This document shows positions 1-11,600 of a DNA stretch of 64,000 bases, piece by piece (position 1 is the first letter of the stretch; each line of letters starts with the position of its first letter). Under the pieces are notes generated by a model. The model saw only the letters and a list, made by a program, of their open reading frames with translations, was not told the DNA's origin and searched no databases. A program made the translations under genes and the position numbers. Source of the stretch: Microbotryum violaceum (lineage: Eukaryota). Where the stretch lies: positions 496,001 through 560,000 of the forward strand of contig CDLV01000006.1 in NCBI GenBank assembly GCA_001244265.2, in the 5' to 3' direction.

Positions 1-1128
1 TAATTGACTTTCGCGATTTACACAACAACGACCGCAGCTACCGGATACGGAAGTTCAAGGGTTGTACCGGCAATGTGCACGTGCACCCCAACTTGTCTCG
101 CAATGCAAGATGCTACAGTACGTGAATCAGTGCCGGTAGCAACGAACGCCTGCGAACTATCGGGTGTTTCGACGGGGAGTGGTGCCTCGGTAAGGACACT
201 CGAGGTGCCGTCGGCCGTGAGTCGGAACCTTCAGGGTGGATCACTTGAAGGAGCAGCAAATATTCTCGTCGACTGGTGACCGGGCGAGCGAGTCTGATTG
301 ATCGATGACACGCACCTTTGGACCTCGGGTAGGGTCTTGTTCACTAAGAGGTGCCGGCGCGAGGAGTCGAAGCTCCTAAGAAAGAGTTTCACAGTGGTGC
401 CAGCGGAGCCAGCGGAGCCAGCACAGGCGTCGAAGATGGGGGGGCAGTCTTCGGCGAGAGGTACGTGGGGATTTTTAGGTACTCGACATGTGGGGATCTC
501 GGTGGTCCCTGCTTGAAAATGTGCTCGAGGGACGAGAGAAAATGGAAATTCTGACTCGGGCCTTCTTATGCCCCGCTCGCGCTGATGCGATGCATGCTAT
601 ACGTGGGCCTACGCTAGTGCGCCGCTAACTTGCGCCATGCCCATCCATGCCCAGGCTTGCCCAGGCGCGCGCCACTTGGAGGGTCGCGAGTCGCACTTGC
701 GCCGCCAATCTCGACCTCTGACCCCCACCCCAGTTGCCGCAGTCCCCTTCCCCTCATATCCCACTCCCCCACAAGCCGCTACTCTGAAACCGAACACGCT
801 CACCCGTCTACCGCTGCCACTCGACTCGACTTTTCAGCTGTACGCCGCACTGACGACCTAGGCAGAAGCGCTTCACGCCGCGTGGGAAGCTCTAGTCGGC
901 CTGGCTCTCTTGCCTGTCTAGCTCCAGCGACCGCCAGCCTTCCAGCGACCGTCAGCGCGCCAGCGACCACCGCGCCCAAGCAGCCTCAGCGTCAGCGCTC
1001 ACTTGATCCGTAACTTGTCCTCGTCGTCGTTCGCGTTCACGTTCGACCCAGATCTCGGATCGATTCTTTAGACCCCACACACACCATCTCTTCTCTTCTC
1101 TTGTTATCAATCACATCTCCACCAAGCC

Positions 1129-1746
1129 ATGTTGCCGCAACGCCAGAAGGTCGACATCAGCGTGAGCATCACCCCTCCGCCTCCTGGATCCCCCCTCCCC
1201 GCCCCCCCACCTGGTCGAGATTCGGGCCTGGGCCCTCCGCAACTGCAGCCTGAGTGGGACATCAGGACTGATCTTTGCCCCTTTCTCGCCCCTTTTGCCC
1301 CGACAGTCGTTCAGCGAGCAAGAGCGAGAGTTGTTTCAAAAATACGGCAAGGTCCCCAGCCACAAATCGCTCTTGGGCAACAAGTTGAAAGTGCGCTCGC
1401 TCATCACACATCCGGCCTCTGCTTAGTGTGCTTCTCACATGGACTGATTGCCCTACCTGTTTGGAATGTTCTCCTTCAGGAACGCAAGTACTTCGACTCG
1501 GGTGACTATGCTCTCTCCAAGGCTGGCGTCGAGCCTCAGCACATCGTTGGAAAAGCGATTCCTTCGCCCCAAGACATCCCACATGCCTCGCCGCCCAACA
1601 CAACCTCGGGCATCTCGACCAGTCCTTCCGGCACGACTTCGAACCAGGGCTTGAGCACCAGTCCCTCGGCATCGACGCAGCACTCATTCGCCAACACTTT
1701 CGGAAGTCCAGGCAAGGAACCGATCGGAACCGCCGTGCCTCAATAA
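1129..1746 (+). CDS. IGO1: Endosulfine/ARPP19-family phosphoprotein (Igo1-like), 3 exons
   Basis: Exons 1129-1161, 1307-1390 and 1480-1746 with GT-AG introns give MLPQRQKVDIS/SFSEQERELFQKYGKVPSHKSLLGNKLK/ERKYFDSGDYALSKAG. FDSGDY is the endosulfine Greatwall/Rim15 phosphorylation motif. Confidence 0.93.
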   Translation: MLPQRQKVDISVSITPPPPGSPLPAPPPGRDSGLGPPQLQPEWDIRTDLCPFLAPFAPTVVQRARARVVSKIRQGPQPQIALGQQVESALAHHTSGLCLVCFSHGLIALPVWNVLLQERKYFDSGDYALSKAGVEPQHIVGKAIPSPQDIPHASPPNTTSGISTSPSGTTSNQGLSTSPSASTQHSFANTFGSPGKEPIGTAVPQ

Positions 1747-2726
1747 GCCCCCGGCTTGGGACGACAGGGGTCTCTCTCGGGCTACAGCCGTGCAAATTCT
1801 CATTCTGTATTTTTTCGTCTTCACATCCCGCTCTATGCATGTTTTCGTCCAACCTTTTCCGTCCGGCTCCTGGGCCCATGACTTCCCTCACAATCCCGAC
1901 GCCGTTCCCGTTTCGTATTCCGATTCCGCCGTTACCTACCTCCGGCCTTGATTGGTACCAACTCCCTTCTTTTTCAAGTGAGCAGCATCAACGTGAACGT
2001 GAATTTCGCGTGCATCGATTCGGACATGACGACCAGACGTCTACCTTTCGACTCGGGTAGTTGCGGCTGCTGCTTTTTATCGGCCTTCGCTCCTCGATCC
2101 GTGCTTCGGCTTTTCCCGGTCCCTTTCCCATGTATGAACGACTTGTCCAAAACTCTCGATCTACCTCTCGTTTTTTGTCTTCGTGTTGCTCCTTCTCTTC
2201 CTCGTTGTAATAGTATATGGCGTCGCACTACCAATAACCTGTCTTCTCGGCGTACTTTTTTTGGTGTTCGGCCTGATCGGCTTCGCGAACGACGTTGACC
2301 ACAGTTCATGAAGGTATCGCTTGGCTTCGAGTGCTGCGCTGGAGCACTTCGGTTTCTACCCAACTTCCGGATGTTTAGTTTCCCTTCCTAGACATTGAGG
2401 GTGCCCACGCTTGTTGCTCAATCGACAAGACAGTCGATGGATGGCAGGTGCGACGGCACCAACTGAAGTCCCCCTAATCAAACTCGACTTAGTTCTCTTC
2501 GGCGGAATCTGGCCTCTCCGACGTGGACGCAAGACGTCTATAAGCTGGACTGCAATCAAAAACAAACTGCATACGTGGGCATCCTGTCATGTCTCCCACT
2601 CTAAACCTTCACGCACTGGGGCTTGCCCGCCCGCCGCCCCATGCTCCTATCAACTTCCGGGCTCATACCCTGCCCCTCTGGATCGTCTCGACTGAACCAG
2701 GTGCCGGAAAGCCCTCGAACGATCCT

Positions 2727-5511
2727 TTAGGAGAGTACGTGATTGCACAATGCATACATCATGACTTCAGCCAGGTCCCCTTGAACACACGGACACATGT
2801 GCGCGTTGTCCCGAGCCGAGTCGACCCTGGCCGAACTCATCCGATACGCGTCGACGCGAGGAATCCCGGCGGCCGCCACGAGACGATTCGCGATCTCGTT
2901 TATCGCCTCGATACGCGGGTTGACTTGGTACAAGGGGTCGGCGGTCAGGTCCCGGCCAGGGAACGACGCCGTCGTCTCCCGCCACACGATGCGAATGCCG
3001 AGCCGCTGCTCGATTCGACCCAAATGCTGCAGCGCACTCTCGAGGCCGGCGGCATAGTTGTCCAGCGAGGCCCACGTTGCAGCCCATAGACCCACATTGA
3101 CGACCGCCACGTCGGGCCATTCGTCGTCGTTCGCGCCGCGGTTCCACCGAAGAAGCTCCTCCCAGTCCTGCTCGGACATGATTTGATCGACCATGTCGAA
3201 CATCTCGTACTGCAGCGACGAGAAGCGGACGTGCTTGTCCACGGTGACTCTGGCTTGCTCGAGCATGCATATCGACGCCATGAACGTATGCGACATCACC
3301 GAATCGCCGACGAGGAGGATGCGCCGCGGGCGAGACGATTTTGCGCGCAGACACGACTCGAGTTGATCGTTCCAGAGCGAGATCGTCTGGTAAGAGCTGG
3401 CATCATCCGGTGTCCACCGCCAGACACCTTTCCTCGACAACCGCGTCTCATTGCCACAGCTTGGACCCCAGTAGTTCGAGTCGAACGCGTGGGGACACCG
3501 CTCAAACGAGTAGAGTCGATGTTTGCCCAAGGTTTCTGAGATCTCGTTGAAAGTGCGCTTCCTCCAGCTGCCTTGACCAAGCGCGGCCAACGAGAGCGGC
3601 TGCGAGGGCATGGATGCGGGGAGCTCCTCCTTGACACGAACGAAGCGAGTAAAGAGGACGTCGTTCTGCAGTTGCGGATGGCGCCAAGTGGTCTTGGCAA
3701 GATGGAACGCATCCGAAGGGTTGACGCCTCGACACGGCCCCTGGGCGAGGCGCTTGAGCTGCGTACGATCAGGTTGGTTCTCGATGTGACCCATGATGGA
3801 GCATGGGCTGACGGGATCGGCTACAGGGGACGGTAAACTTGAGTACTCGCGTGTGATGGTAATCTCAACTCCACCCGCCACTGCAGGGAGAGTAAAAGCT
3901 ACGCCACCGTCGTCGAGGCGAGTGACTGGCAGCTGCCGTTTCGTCGTCGAATTCGAGAGGCGGACAGACAAGTAGCCAGCATCGGCTCCCGCAGCATCAA
4001 CTACAAACGTGGTACCAGCATCAACATAAAGCTGTGGCAGCTCCGTACGAGAGGTTGAGGACATTCCTTGGGCCAAAACCGACAGTGTGAACGCCGAGGG
4101 CGGGATCCGCGCGTACTTGTGCTCGAACGCAAGGACGGCGTGCATCACACCACGACCATAGCTAGCGAGAGCGTTGTAATCCTCATGCTCAAGTTCGGCG
4201 TATTGCTCGGTCCCCCTCATCTCGTAGCGACAGAATCGGTCACCCATTTCTTCCCGCCACGAGCCGGGGAACGCCTTCTGCTTGATGCGCTTCACGCACT
4301 CGTCCCACGACTTGGCCCAGTAGTGGTGGATGTAGAAAGGATAGTCTCCGTCCAGTTTAAGCTTCTCGTTTCCCTTTTTGTGTAAGGGATCGACCAGTTC
4401 GCGTTTGTCTGAGAACGTGGCTTTGTGGATGTCACCGTCCAGTCGGTACCGAGCCTGGAGTATGAGCTTGGGGACGAAAAAGTTGCGGTCGACAGCCCTT
4501 GCCTCGGTGTAGGCTTGCATCACTCCTTGCTGCGGTCGCCGATAGTGACCATTGGAGGTGAAGCAAAGCCGCGGGATGGCCACACCCCCCACGTTGCCGT
4601 ACTCGCTTTCGAACCAGGCTGTGAAGGGGCTTTCCTCGTGGCCGATACCTCCTGCGGCCGCGACCTGCGTCTGGTTGCGTGCTACGTACTCGTCGATGTC
4701 AAGGAAAAAAAGCCATTTCGAGCGGAGCTTCCACTCGCTCATGAAGGTGTCGACTGACCGAGGCTGGGCCCATCTGCTGCTGTCCTCTTGCAAAACCAGC
4801 GTGACCCATCCCAGCTCGACAAGCGGCAGGAGGCGCTCGCGCGTATCATCGTCGCTCATGTGATCGTAGACGACGAAATGCTCGAACCCTATCAGCATGT
4901 GGTAGAAAATCCATTCAATGATGTCGGGCCCTTCGTTGCGCTCCATCGTGCCGATTAGGAAGTCGTACGGCGGCCTCGGCGGATGCGCTAGTAGGTAGTC
5001 GATTCGATTCACGATAACATCCGAGTCGGCGTCCTAGCCACAGACCAAGGACAAGTCCGAGCAGCCACCTCTGTCAGCTACGGTTGCAACAAATGAGTTA
5101 AATGCTATCCAAGAAGCTCACAAGTGGGCCGGGAAGGAGGGAGTGCGCAATCTGCTGGAGTGATGTCGCGGCGAATCTCTGGGGGGAAGGCGAGCTCGTG
5201 CCCCATATTGTGCCGAGGTGACGAGCTAGCTGAGGATGCGTGCCACCGGAGAGACTCCAAACCTGTAGGGCGCATGGAGAGTGTAATGAACCATCACAGA
5301 TTATTGGTCAGGACCTTGGTGAGATATGGGTGATGGCACGAATCACGGCGCGCTATGCGACGCCGTCCAATCCACGTCGGAGTCCGAGGCAGGCACGCTC
5401 TCGCTCACGCACGTTATGAAGGACCACGACACACAAGACGGCAAGGGAGATCCTGAGGAAAGTCTTGGGCTTGACATGACGCTTCCACGTGTCCGTCCCC
5501 TGGAGAGACAT
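2727..5511 (-). CDS. Type II membrane glycosyltransferase (GT92/GT2-like) fused to a C-terminal SGNH/PC-esterase-like domain
   Basis: Exon 1 from ATG 5511 (MSLQG...FLRISLAVLCVVVLHN, a TM anchor) splices in frame to exon 2 (~5123-5263) and then to a long exon (~5033-2727). GT-A motifs: RNEGPDIIEWIFYHMLIGFEHFVVYDHMSDD and WLFFLDIDEY. SGNH motifs: LLVGDS, VVNVGLW, IVWRET, RDNAH. Confidence 0.8.
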
Positions 5512-5735
5512 GATGCGCCAGCAAGGCGAGTGGAGCAGAGCCGAATTCGAGGCAAGGTAGGCTGACGATGGGGCGGAACCGACCATGGTTTCTTAGCTGG
5601 AGTGCCACGTGAAGATCCCAATAGTGCACGCGACTCGGCCACGCCCGACGCGTCCGATTGCGGAAGTAACAAGCTGATCGAGGTTCCGAAGTCTAGAATC
5701 TCGGCGTCTGATTCGACGTAGTTCAATACATCAAC

Positions 5736-6280
5736 TGTTGCAGAAAATACTACTCGCCTGATTAGAGGTAGTTCACTGCTTAATAACGTTCAGTAAACTA
5801 TTGAAATGATACCGTAAATATTACTGGCCTGAATTGAGGTAGTTGAACGTATTACGTTAGATCGCTCGAATCAGAAGACAGGCCGCGCATGTATGTAGCG
5901 TGCATTGTTCTCAAGTGTCTCACCCCCCTCCCTCGAGCTCGCTCTAACTTCAACCTACATGATCCCCGGCCCCATATGCATCTCAAGTGCCGGTTGTGTC
6001 AACGTCTGCGTAAACATGTCGGCGAGCATCCCGGCGTTCGGAAGATAGTCGAAGACTATTGTCACCTTCTCATACCCGTTCTTGAGATCGCTGTCTGACG
6101 TAGGTGCAGTGCTTGCTTGGATCCTGGAACACCAGATTATTTGTGAGAGCTATCGCGCCCTGAATTCCGCCTTTCAACTCGATCGGCGCGCGAATCGTGA
6201 TCCTCAATTCCTCGAGCAAATTCTGCAAGAATTGACACCCTCGAGACGCGTAAGATGTATTCTGCTTCCGCTAATGACGT
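5736..6280 (-). mobile_element. Degenerate Ty1/copia remnant: RNase H end, PPT and 3' LTR
   Basis: Minus-strand fragments in shifting frames: SLAEAEYI, IALTNNLVFQDPSKH and MLADMFTQTL (copia RNase H motifs). A purine tract at 5923-5934 is followed by an AT-rich ~187-bp segment (5922-5736) running TG...CAACA, with an internal ~40-bp degenerate direct repeat. Confidence 0.75.
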
Positions 6281-7207
6281 CCCCATTCGGCTCTGAATGC
6301 GTGAACTCCAAGAAATTGGACCCGAAGGCCTCCGGTTCGACATGCTCCGAGTCAAGCGCCCTACGATGCCGCTGTCCAACCGGTGCCGCCCCAGTGCAGC
6401 CGGTCCAGGGGAATAAAAAAGCAACTCCTTTTTTACTTCTTAAGGTCGAATCCACCCCGAGTCTTGTTCAGCGGGATCAACGTGCTCAACCAGGCTGTCC
6501 TCCCGGGCGTGTACCTCGACTGGTGGGGCTACCTCTCGACTTGACGCGACTGGTCCACTGGATACTACGACTACTTCGATCGCCCCAATCGTCGCCGCTC
6601 GGTGCTGGTGCGACTTGACGCTACCAGTAGAAGAATGTCATACGCCTCACCGGGTTCCATAGGCGGTGGTAGGTTTCAGTTCTAGGACGCGTCCGAGGGA
6701 GATTCAGGGTAAAACCCCTGGGCGAAACTTCTGACGAAGTTGTTCGGGATTCTAGAGGCTATGAGCCCAACGAGCTTAAGCTATCACCAGTGCGCCGCTC
6801 GAAGACGAAACACTAGTCCATGAACCGAACACTCCACCAGGACTAGCCAACACTTGGTACTCATATATCGGCCCCCCAAAAAATGTGGTTGTCTCTGGCT
6901 AGCCCTCAGCGGGTTTATCCCTGACTCGCTTACATAAGCTGCGGCCGACTCTTTGTGCGGTGGCTGGACCTGGCTCGGCTCGACTCACTCGCGCTGACTG
7001 ACCGCACTGACCAGTGACCACCTCAAGCGACAACTGCGACAACTGCGACTCAGCCGACAGCTGCCGACAGCTGCCGACAGCAGCGCTTTTGAGGCCTCCA
7101 ACTGGTCGAAGCGCTCAGCCTCGCTTGCCCTCTCTCCACCCCACGCTCACGCACATACGCACGCATACACCCAAGAACCCACCACCAACACACCCGACAA
7201 GAGGGAC

Positions 7208-7703
7208 ATGTCTGATGTAGGTTCATCCCCTTCTGACCGGCCATGCTGTCGGTGATCAAGGCTGATACAGCGGGATCGCGTCGCCTCCTGGCTTCGGTCC
7301 ACCTGGGCCCATCCGCTAACGAGAGCCCCCTTGCGTGACACACCTCCTTCACAGACCCGCCAATGGGGTTAGTCGCTCAACTGAATAGCTGGGTGATGCT
7401 GGGGCCCCATGATGCTGACCTGTTGGCTGTTGCCCCCCTGTCGCCCCCGCTCGTCGCACAGAGATCCGCTTCTCGGCGACGCGTAAACGCCCCTACTTCT
7501 ACTGCCCGACCACCTCCGAGTCCGTGTGGGAAGCCCCGCCTGCTTTGACGCCGGAGAAGATCTCAACCCTCCCTGGCGCGCACCACCTCGCGTACGAGCC
7601 CCCACCACCTGCGGGTGCCGCCTCGCCCTCGACTAACGCCAGTGCCAGTGCCAGTGCCAGTGCGAGCGCCGCCCCCACCTCGGCCACGGCGGTCCATGCT
7701 CCT

Positions 7704-7736
<33 letters not shown>

Positions 7737-8297
7737 CCTGCGGCTGCAGCAGCCTCCAGGCAGCAAGCTCCGGTCGATCCCAGTGCGGCCCCAACCAAAG
7801 TCCGCGCTTCGCATCTCTTGATCAAGTCCGAAAAGTCGCGTCGCCCGTCGTCGTGGCGACAACTGCACATCACCCGCACCGTCGGCCAGGCGCGTGAGAT
7901 CCTGCAGACGCACCAACAGAACCTCCAGGCCGCCGAGGATCTGCCTAAACAGTTCGCCAGGGTCGCAAAGGCCGAGAGCGACTGCAGTTCGGCAAGGGAA
8001 GGCGGCGATTTGGGTCAGTCTTGCTTTCTATGACGGCCATCGCGCTGTCGCTCGAAGGCATAGGACCGAAACTGAAGAGCTTTCGCGTCTTCTCCTTCTC
8101 TCCGTAGGCTTCTTTGGTCGTCAGCAGATGCAGAAACCTTTCGAGGAGGCCGCCTTTGCGCTCAAGGTGGGCGAGATGAGTCCGATCAGTGAGTCCTTGA
8201 TTACGCATGGTGTCGAAACTTGGTATTCTGATGAGGCTTCTCTTCACTTTCAGTTCAAACCGACTCGGGTTTGCATCTTATCCTTCGAACGGCTTGA
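7208..8297 (+). CDS. ESS1: Peptidyl-prolyl cis-trans isomerase Pin1/Ess1 (WW + parvulin), 5 exons
   Basis: Microexons 7208-7216 (MSD) and 7355-7367 (TRQW) lead into WW EIRFSATRKRPYFYCPTTSESVWEAP. Parvulin motifs: KVRASHLLIK, SDCSSAREGGDLG, QMQKPFEEAAFALKVGEMS, TDSGLHLILRTA*. Confidence 0.95.
7707..7736 (+). repeat. (GCC)10 microsatellite encoding poly-Ala in the Pin1 linker
   Basis: Perfect GCC run read directly, with an upstream (GCCAGT)n repeat encoding ASASAS. Confidence 0.9.
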
Positions 8298-8640
8298 GCA
8301 CGGCTACGCGATCGACGACGGGACATTCGAGCCGCCCCTTGAGGACTATCCCCACCCTGTCTCGTTCGACCCCTTTCTTTCCTTCGGCTCTGCCTTCTCT
8401 TTCATTATTTTGTCTTTGTTCTCCAGGTTTTTCTTTGTTCTCCTTGTTGGCTATCGTCTACCATCAACTACCCTCGGACCGATTGTGGTCCATGAAGAGC
8501 CGATCCGGGGAAAAATATTATGGATTGCTCGATATAGAAAAAAGCACACGGTGGTGGTACAACAAAGGTGGATTGAAGAATGCGGGAAAGAACGAAAGAC
8601 GATAGAATCTTGTTCGCTGGTACCGGTGGGGGTGAGCCCC

Positions 8641-11600
8641 CTATTCACGTCGCTGCTGCTCTTGCTCGACTCGGCCCAACAACTGTGCCATCCGTCTTTC
8701 GGTTAAGAGGAACATTGATCAGTCAAAGCGCTTGGGTGAAGATTCGGACAATCAAACCGAGCCAAGAACTTACAAAAAGTACTCCTCGCAAATGCTCGAA
8801 AAGTAGAACTCGTGCTCCGAGTTGTGCGGTTTGACGAGATTGTGCGCCACCTCGTGCGCAAGCGTGTGGTAGGTGCTGATTAGGGCGTCGTGCAACTGCC
8901 CTTGCTGCACTTGCGAGTCATACCAAGCTTCGTAGTAGCGTAGGTTGAGGTAAATGGAGCCGTTGCGATTGAAGGCGATCAAGGGTCCTGTGCTGTCGAA
9001 GAAGATGTGGAGGGCACGATAGTCGAGCGTGAGCACTTCGCTTACAGGGAGGACGATGAGTCGAATGAAGCGGTCGATCGAGTGGACATGGTCGCGGACG
9101 AAAGTTCGGCTAAATTAGACATTTCAAGTCCGACCACGGGAAGTGTCAGCCCAAGTGTTCGTGGGCTTAGTACCAGAAGCTCGCTGACTCACGGACCCGC
9201 CACCGTGCGATCGATAAAAAACTTGAGCCCGGCGACATCCCCCATCGATACGAGATTGGTCCCAGCCGTAGCGTCGCAATACGACTGTTCCGATTCTTTG
9301 ACCGACGTCTTGTCGATCCCATTCGAGACCGAAGAGCCGTGTTCAGGCCGCGAAGCCTGTAGTCATGCACACACTCAATTACCGATCAGTCCCACTATGG
9401 TCTCTGAACTCTGCACGACTGCGGCATAGTCCTCCTCGTGTACGGTACGCACCTGTATAGCTTTCCGAACGTTGGAACGAATCGCATCCGTCGAGCTCGG
9501 TGTAGAACCAGCAGTCGAGGTACCCGACGTCGAAGGCCTTGGAAGCCTCGGAGGCTGATCCCCAGTCAATGACGATGACGACGAGGAACGAGGCACCGAA
9601 GCGATCGAGCCAGCCCCATTGTTCACGTTTGATCGACTGAGGGAACTCCTCATTTTGGAGAAGAGACCCTTGTCGGCGGAGGAAGGAATGCTGGGCGAAG
9701 AAGAAGGTGCCGGAGACGGAGATCGATCTGGGCTTCCGGAATCACCCAAGGCTTGTTGTGTGAGAGCTGCGAGAGAGTTCTGCGCCGCGGGGCCATTGGC
9801 GCCCATTCCCGTGCCCGGATTGGGTGCAAGTGTACCCCTCTCCTTGGAGTCCGATCGTCTGGGGTAGCCGGACGACGTAAGAAGAGCATTGACCGCGTTC
9901 TCGACCTTGGGTGGGGCCTGCTGTAGCAAAAGCTGGCTCAGGAAGGCGGGGTCCGCGTCCGGGAAAAGATGTTCCAACTGATTGACTTCTTCGGCGGTCC
10001 TTGCGGCATCTAGTTGAGCTCGAGCTCGTGCCTCTCGCATACGTAGATCCGCGGCTTCGCGTTCGGCTTTCCGGGCGTTGACAATGCGATCAACGTTGAA
10101 GCCGCGGCGTCGAAGCGCTTTGAGGGGCGTCGACAGGATCGTCATGTAGAGCAGCGTGTCGTTGGCTCGTTGCTTGGACAGCAATAGCCGACACAGTGCC
10201 GTAGCGACCTTTCCAAACCCCTTCTCAGTCAGCACAAGGTGCATTTCGACTGGGCCCCAGACTTTCTCACCTCATAATAGTCCAACTCAACATCTCCAGC
10301 GATGTAGAGCAGCAAGTCCCCTTGGCTCGAGGCCTTTGCGAAAGCACTTGCCGCCTGCGAATGTCGCTTTGTAGTCCGCCCGACGCTCAAAGTCCGGACC
10401 AGCTCAATGGACCGTACTTCGATAACCTGTAGATGCTTACCACCACCGGATTGGATCCAGTCCGGATCGTGTCGAAGCTCCCCCTTCCCGTATTGTTGCT
10501 TCCGTTCGGACAAGAAGAGGAACGTCCTTTCGACGACTATGCCATGAAGCTCATGGGCACGCTTCGAGTTCGGATTTGCTTCGCCTGAACTTCGGTACCC
10601 TTCCGCAACGAGTTTCGAAATCCTCGAAGCACCTAGCCCTTCAGCCAAGGCTTCGAGGGCGTCCTCTTGCGGACAGGACCACACGTCCGCTTGGAAGACG
10701 CGCAACGATTGCGGGTCGTCGTTGATCGCCAGATCGCTCGCTCGCGTCAGTTGGTACGTCAAGGCCGAACCGCCTCCGCCTCCGTCTTCGTCGTCGCTTT
10801 CGTCATCAAGCAAAGTCGGCTGGTTGGGACCGCCGTGACTCCCCGTCGCGACCCTTTTGGTGCCGAGGAAGAAAGCCGACATCCGTGCTCGAGACTTGAG
10901 GGTGAAAGGCAGCGATTGGAAGCTCGCTGCAACCATTCGCAAAAGAGAGAGGTAGCGTTCCGAGGAACCAGAGAGTTCAAGGAAGCGATCAGGGTCGGCG
11001 ATCAACATCGCCGCAATCTCGTTTATACTCGGAGAAGCCTTGACCCCGATCGCGACCAAGAAAGGACGCGCGTTGAGCCCAAAGTCGGGGATGACGATGA
11101 ACAAAGCCTTGAGACCGGGAGGGAGAGCCTGCTCGGTCTCGAAGAAGCAAGTCGAAGGTGAGACGATTTTTCCCCCGACGGGGATGATGTTGGCTCGTTC
11201 GAGGGTTGAGAGCTCTTCCGAACCAAAGTTCGACACGCAGGACGAGAGGTAGGCGAACGTCTGTCGGGCCTTTTCCAGCGTCTTGGGAGGTGAGAGCAGG
11301 ATCGCCGAAACGAGGTCCCTCGCTGGTGGGTCTCGAGCGACCTTGAGCTTGGCCGCTTCGTGTTGGTACTGCTCATCGAGGACCGCGAAGCCCAAACACG
11401 CGCAGTCGACGTTCGAGTAGACGTCGTGTGGCTTCCCAAATATCTTCTTGCCATCCTTGATGGCGGGGACGAACGGCAGAGCATGTTTCGAAGGAAGGTA
11501 GGTCGCCGCGAATCCTGCCGTCGCGTACTGCTCGAGAAAGTACTCGAAAGCGGCCCGCTGCCTCGATGCGTCCTCACTGTTCGCCGCGATCTCGAGCAGC

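Noticed and set aside
1-520. Possible decayed minus-strand gene with splice-like signals at the window start
   Set aside because: The frames contain stops and I recognise no family; truncated by the window edge.
6758-6769. GGCTATGAGCCC, resembling the copia primer-binding site GGTTATGAGCCC
   Set aside because: It is on the opposite strand to the RNase H relic, is not preceded by an LTR CA end, and no gag follows.
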